Below, piece after piece: positions 61,750-64,000 of a stretch of 64,000 nt of DNA (positions are counted from its first letter, which is position 1; each line of letters opens with the position of its first letter). Source of the stretch: Phoronis australis. Taxonomy: Eukaryota > Animalia > Phoronida. The notes under the pieces are model-generated. The model was given only the letters and a program-made list of their open reading frames with translations, was not told the origin of the DNA and did no database searches. The DNA is taken from the NCBI GenBank assembly GCA_002633005.1, contig NMRA01000960.1, forward strand, positions 1 to 64,000. Direction: 5' to 3'. The position numbers and the translations under genes were made by a program.

Positions 61750-64000
61750 CTGATTTTGTATCTCCATGATAGCAAATAGCAGCATATCTTAATAAAAGCA
61801 ACGACAGATTTAAACAAGCTTGACGCGTTTCGGTGTTTATTAAAACACCATCCTCAGAAGAAAAACCGGTGGCCCAACAAGTAATGATACACAAAGTCAG
61901 TTACAGGGAAGTAGCAGTAGACTAGACTAATAATGATAACCTGGGGTGTGCCAGTTGCCTATAGGGGCTGGGCTTACAGCAACTGCAGAGCCTCACGAAT
62001 TTTCAGCTACTTGACTGTTTCTCCTTGGACTATTATAGCAAAGTCATTGAAAGAGCACTGCTCGTAACAATGATTGGAGCTCTGCAGATGAATATTAACA
62101 TATGGACATCTGTCAGAACCTGTTCCCTGGTCGGGGTTCTCAGATAACGAACAGTTTCACCTATATAGGTGGAGCCACATCCAGCCCAACTTTGTACACT
62201 ACCCTCTATCGTAGACCCATAGGAATTTTGTCCTCAGGGTTAAATAAATTAGACAGTTTTAGAGACTTGAATGTTAATACAATTCTTAAGTTAACACAAT
62301 AAAAATCACCAATTTGTTGAGTTTTCGTTGAAGTTAACAATCTTGGCGTAATAACCAACATAGGGTATTTTAAAATACTTGTAGTTAGTTTTGTCTACAG
62401 GAGGAATATCATCAGGGTTACGTTGCAGTCTTGCTTTCAGTACTCTATTCACTAATTCAAAGGGATAGCCATTCTTTGAAAATTTGATGTAAGTTCAGAA
62501 TCAAATCTAGCCCATTGTTGTTAATGCGATATAAACTGCTTAATATTAGTTTTAATGAGACCGACCTTGCAAACAAATAATGTAAAGCTATGAAAGCAAG
62601 CGTACGGTCCTGTGTAGGTCTTCTTATGAAACACTGATGTTACCACTGAAGTACCCTCACGCTCCACGAACACGTCTAAAATGGCAATGTGTTGCCAACT
62701 TCTAAATCAATGCCGAATTTCAAGGTAGGTTGCCTCGAGTTTAAATATGCCAAAAATTCCTGGACTGACTGCTGATTTTCAAATACAAAACACATCATCC
62801 ACATGTCGTCGACATAGACATGAGGACCAACGTACGTCCTAATCCATGTTTTCTCATGATGACCTAAAAACATGCCGGCTAATATGGAAGCCAAAGGTGA
62901 ACCCATTGCTACACCGTCAATTTGGTTAAAAACCTCTCCATTAAATATGAAATGGGTTTTGTTGGTGGCAGATTTGAATAACTCTATCCATGAGTTCATC
63001 TCGAGTAATCTTTGCACTGGGATAGCTTTTCATGGTACAGCCAGTAGCCAAAGATATACATTCGTTCACAGGTAGGTTAGTAAACAAACTCGCGATATCA
63101 AAAGAAACCATGAACCGATTCTCGAGAAGTTGACCCCTAACCGCAGAAACAAAGGATAATGTATCACCTGCTGTGTAATCCTCTTTTATATGTGGTTTGA
63201 GTAGCTTACATAGGCACTTGGCAAGATTGTAGTTGAAGGTATTCACAGATGACGCAATAGGTTTAAATGGAGGAATGGAATCCTCTGTCGGCTTGTGCAT
63301 TTTCGGTAAACCATTGGGTAGACCATATAGTCTGCTTGGCTGTGAACCTTGTGATACAAATAGTTGTAAGTTTCAGTATCTAAACCATTATTCTTAATTT
63401 TGCGAAAGAACCTCTGTAGCTGTTCTTCTCAAGTTAGTGTGGGATCTGCTTTGACACGTCTCAACTTCAATACGTCACTCGGAATTGCATTCAAAGAATT
63501 GACATAATCATTACGATCTAAAATCGCTGCACCATTTCCCTTCTGGAGTCTAATTATCACTAGGTTGTTGTTTCTTCACAGTTCTTTGACTACCTTAAAC
63601 TTTCTCAAATCATTCTAATGGTCTGTGGGACGACATAATTTTGTTAAATCTACCTTCAGTTCAGTATCTTTAGTAGGGTCAATAATTTTTTTTTGCTCAA
63701 AACATACAGCTACATCGGACTTTTTAAAATTCGGTGGACAAACTGACACAGATAAGCCATTTTTCAGAACATTCATTTGTTCCTTAGTGAGTCTAAACGC
63801 CGGCCTCATCAGGAGTGAAAGCCAATACAGTGTTACGGGTCAGCTTCTTGAGCTTCTTGTGACCACTGTTTTTTTCTAGGAAGTGCTCGTATTATGTCAG
63901 AGAGGTATATCGCAGGAGCTACCAAGAGCGTTACACAGTGGGATGTTGGTGGTTCGGGTGGAACAGGTGCACCAAATACAGGTACGGGTAGCTCATGTGT
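61750..64000 (-). mobile_element. Decayed Penelope-like retroelement (RT + C-terminal GIY-YIG endonuclease), extending beyond the window
   Basis: Frameshifted motifs in order: LTKEQMNVLKNGL, GLPKMHKP, PIASSVNTFNYNLAK, MVSFDIASLFTNLP, QIDGVAMGSPLA, YVDD, LPF*DV, KKTYTG; then VVYK..GCGSTYIGET.R.L and LKIREAL at about 62215-61960. The 3' boundary is approximate. Confidence 0.93.
61819..61860 (-). ncRNA. Minimal type I hammerhead ribozyme in the Penelope 3' region
   Basis: CUU-CUGAGGA-U-GGUGUUU uaau AAACACC-GAAA-C gc GUC^AAG: intact core, 7-bp helix II, palindromic helix III (ACGCGU), 3-bp helix I; same strand as the element and just after the endonuclease. Confidence 0.8.

Overview
AT-rich, intron-containing animal genomic DNA, probably an invertebrate (the species cannot be determined from sequence alone), with two single-N scaffold joins at 16490 and 20171. 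Three host genes can be reconstructed by hand. (1) The last four coding exons of UTP11 (+, 507-2931). (2) A complete 13-exon mitochondrial ribosomal protein S9 gene (MRPS9/uS9m, -, 18773-3997, 402 aa), convergent with UTP11. (3) An intronless-CDS class A neuropeptide GPCR of the bombesin/CCHamide/excitatory-peptide receptor family (-, 39266-38118). The rest is a transposon landscape: TTAA-flanked Kolobok/T2-type elements including a three-layer nest at 52.0-53.4 kb, Harbinger- and hAT-like MITEs, tRNA-derived SINEs with target-site duplications (TSDs), a decayed RNase H-bearing LINE, and a decayed Penelope-like element (RT + GIY-YIG) with a core-intact minimal hammerhead ribozyme. The most unusual observations are two unrelated tRNA-containing insertions built as 'one unit plus a partial second unit' (one with a perfect 14-bp TSD), and a palindromic element between UTP11 and MRPS9 whose mirror arms carry the first canonical AATAAA for each gene. 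No prokaryotic or CRISPR system is present. All calls are by eye, without database searches.
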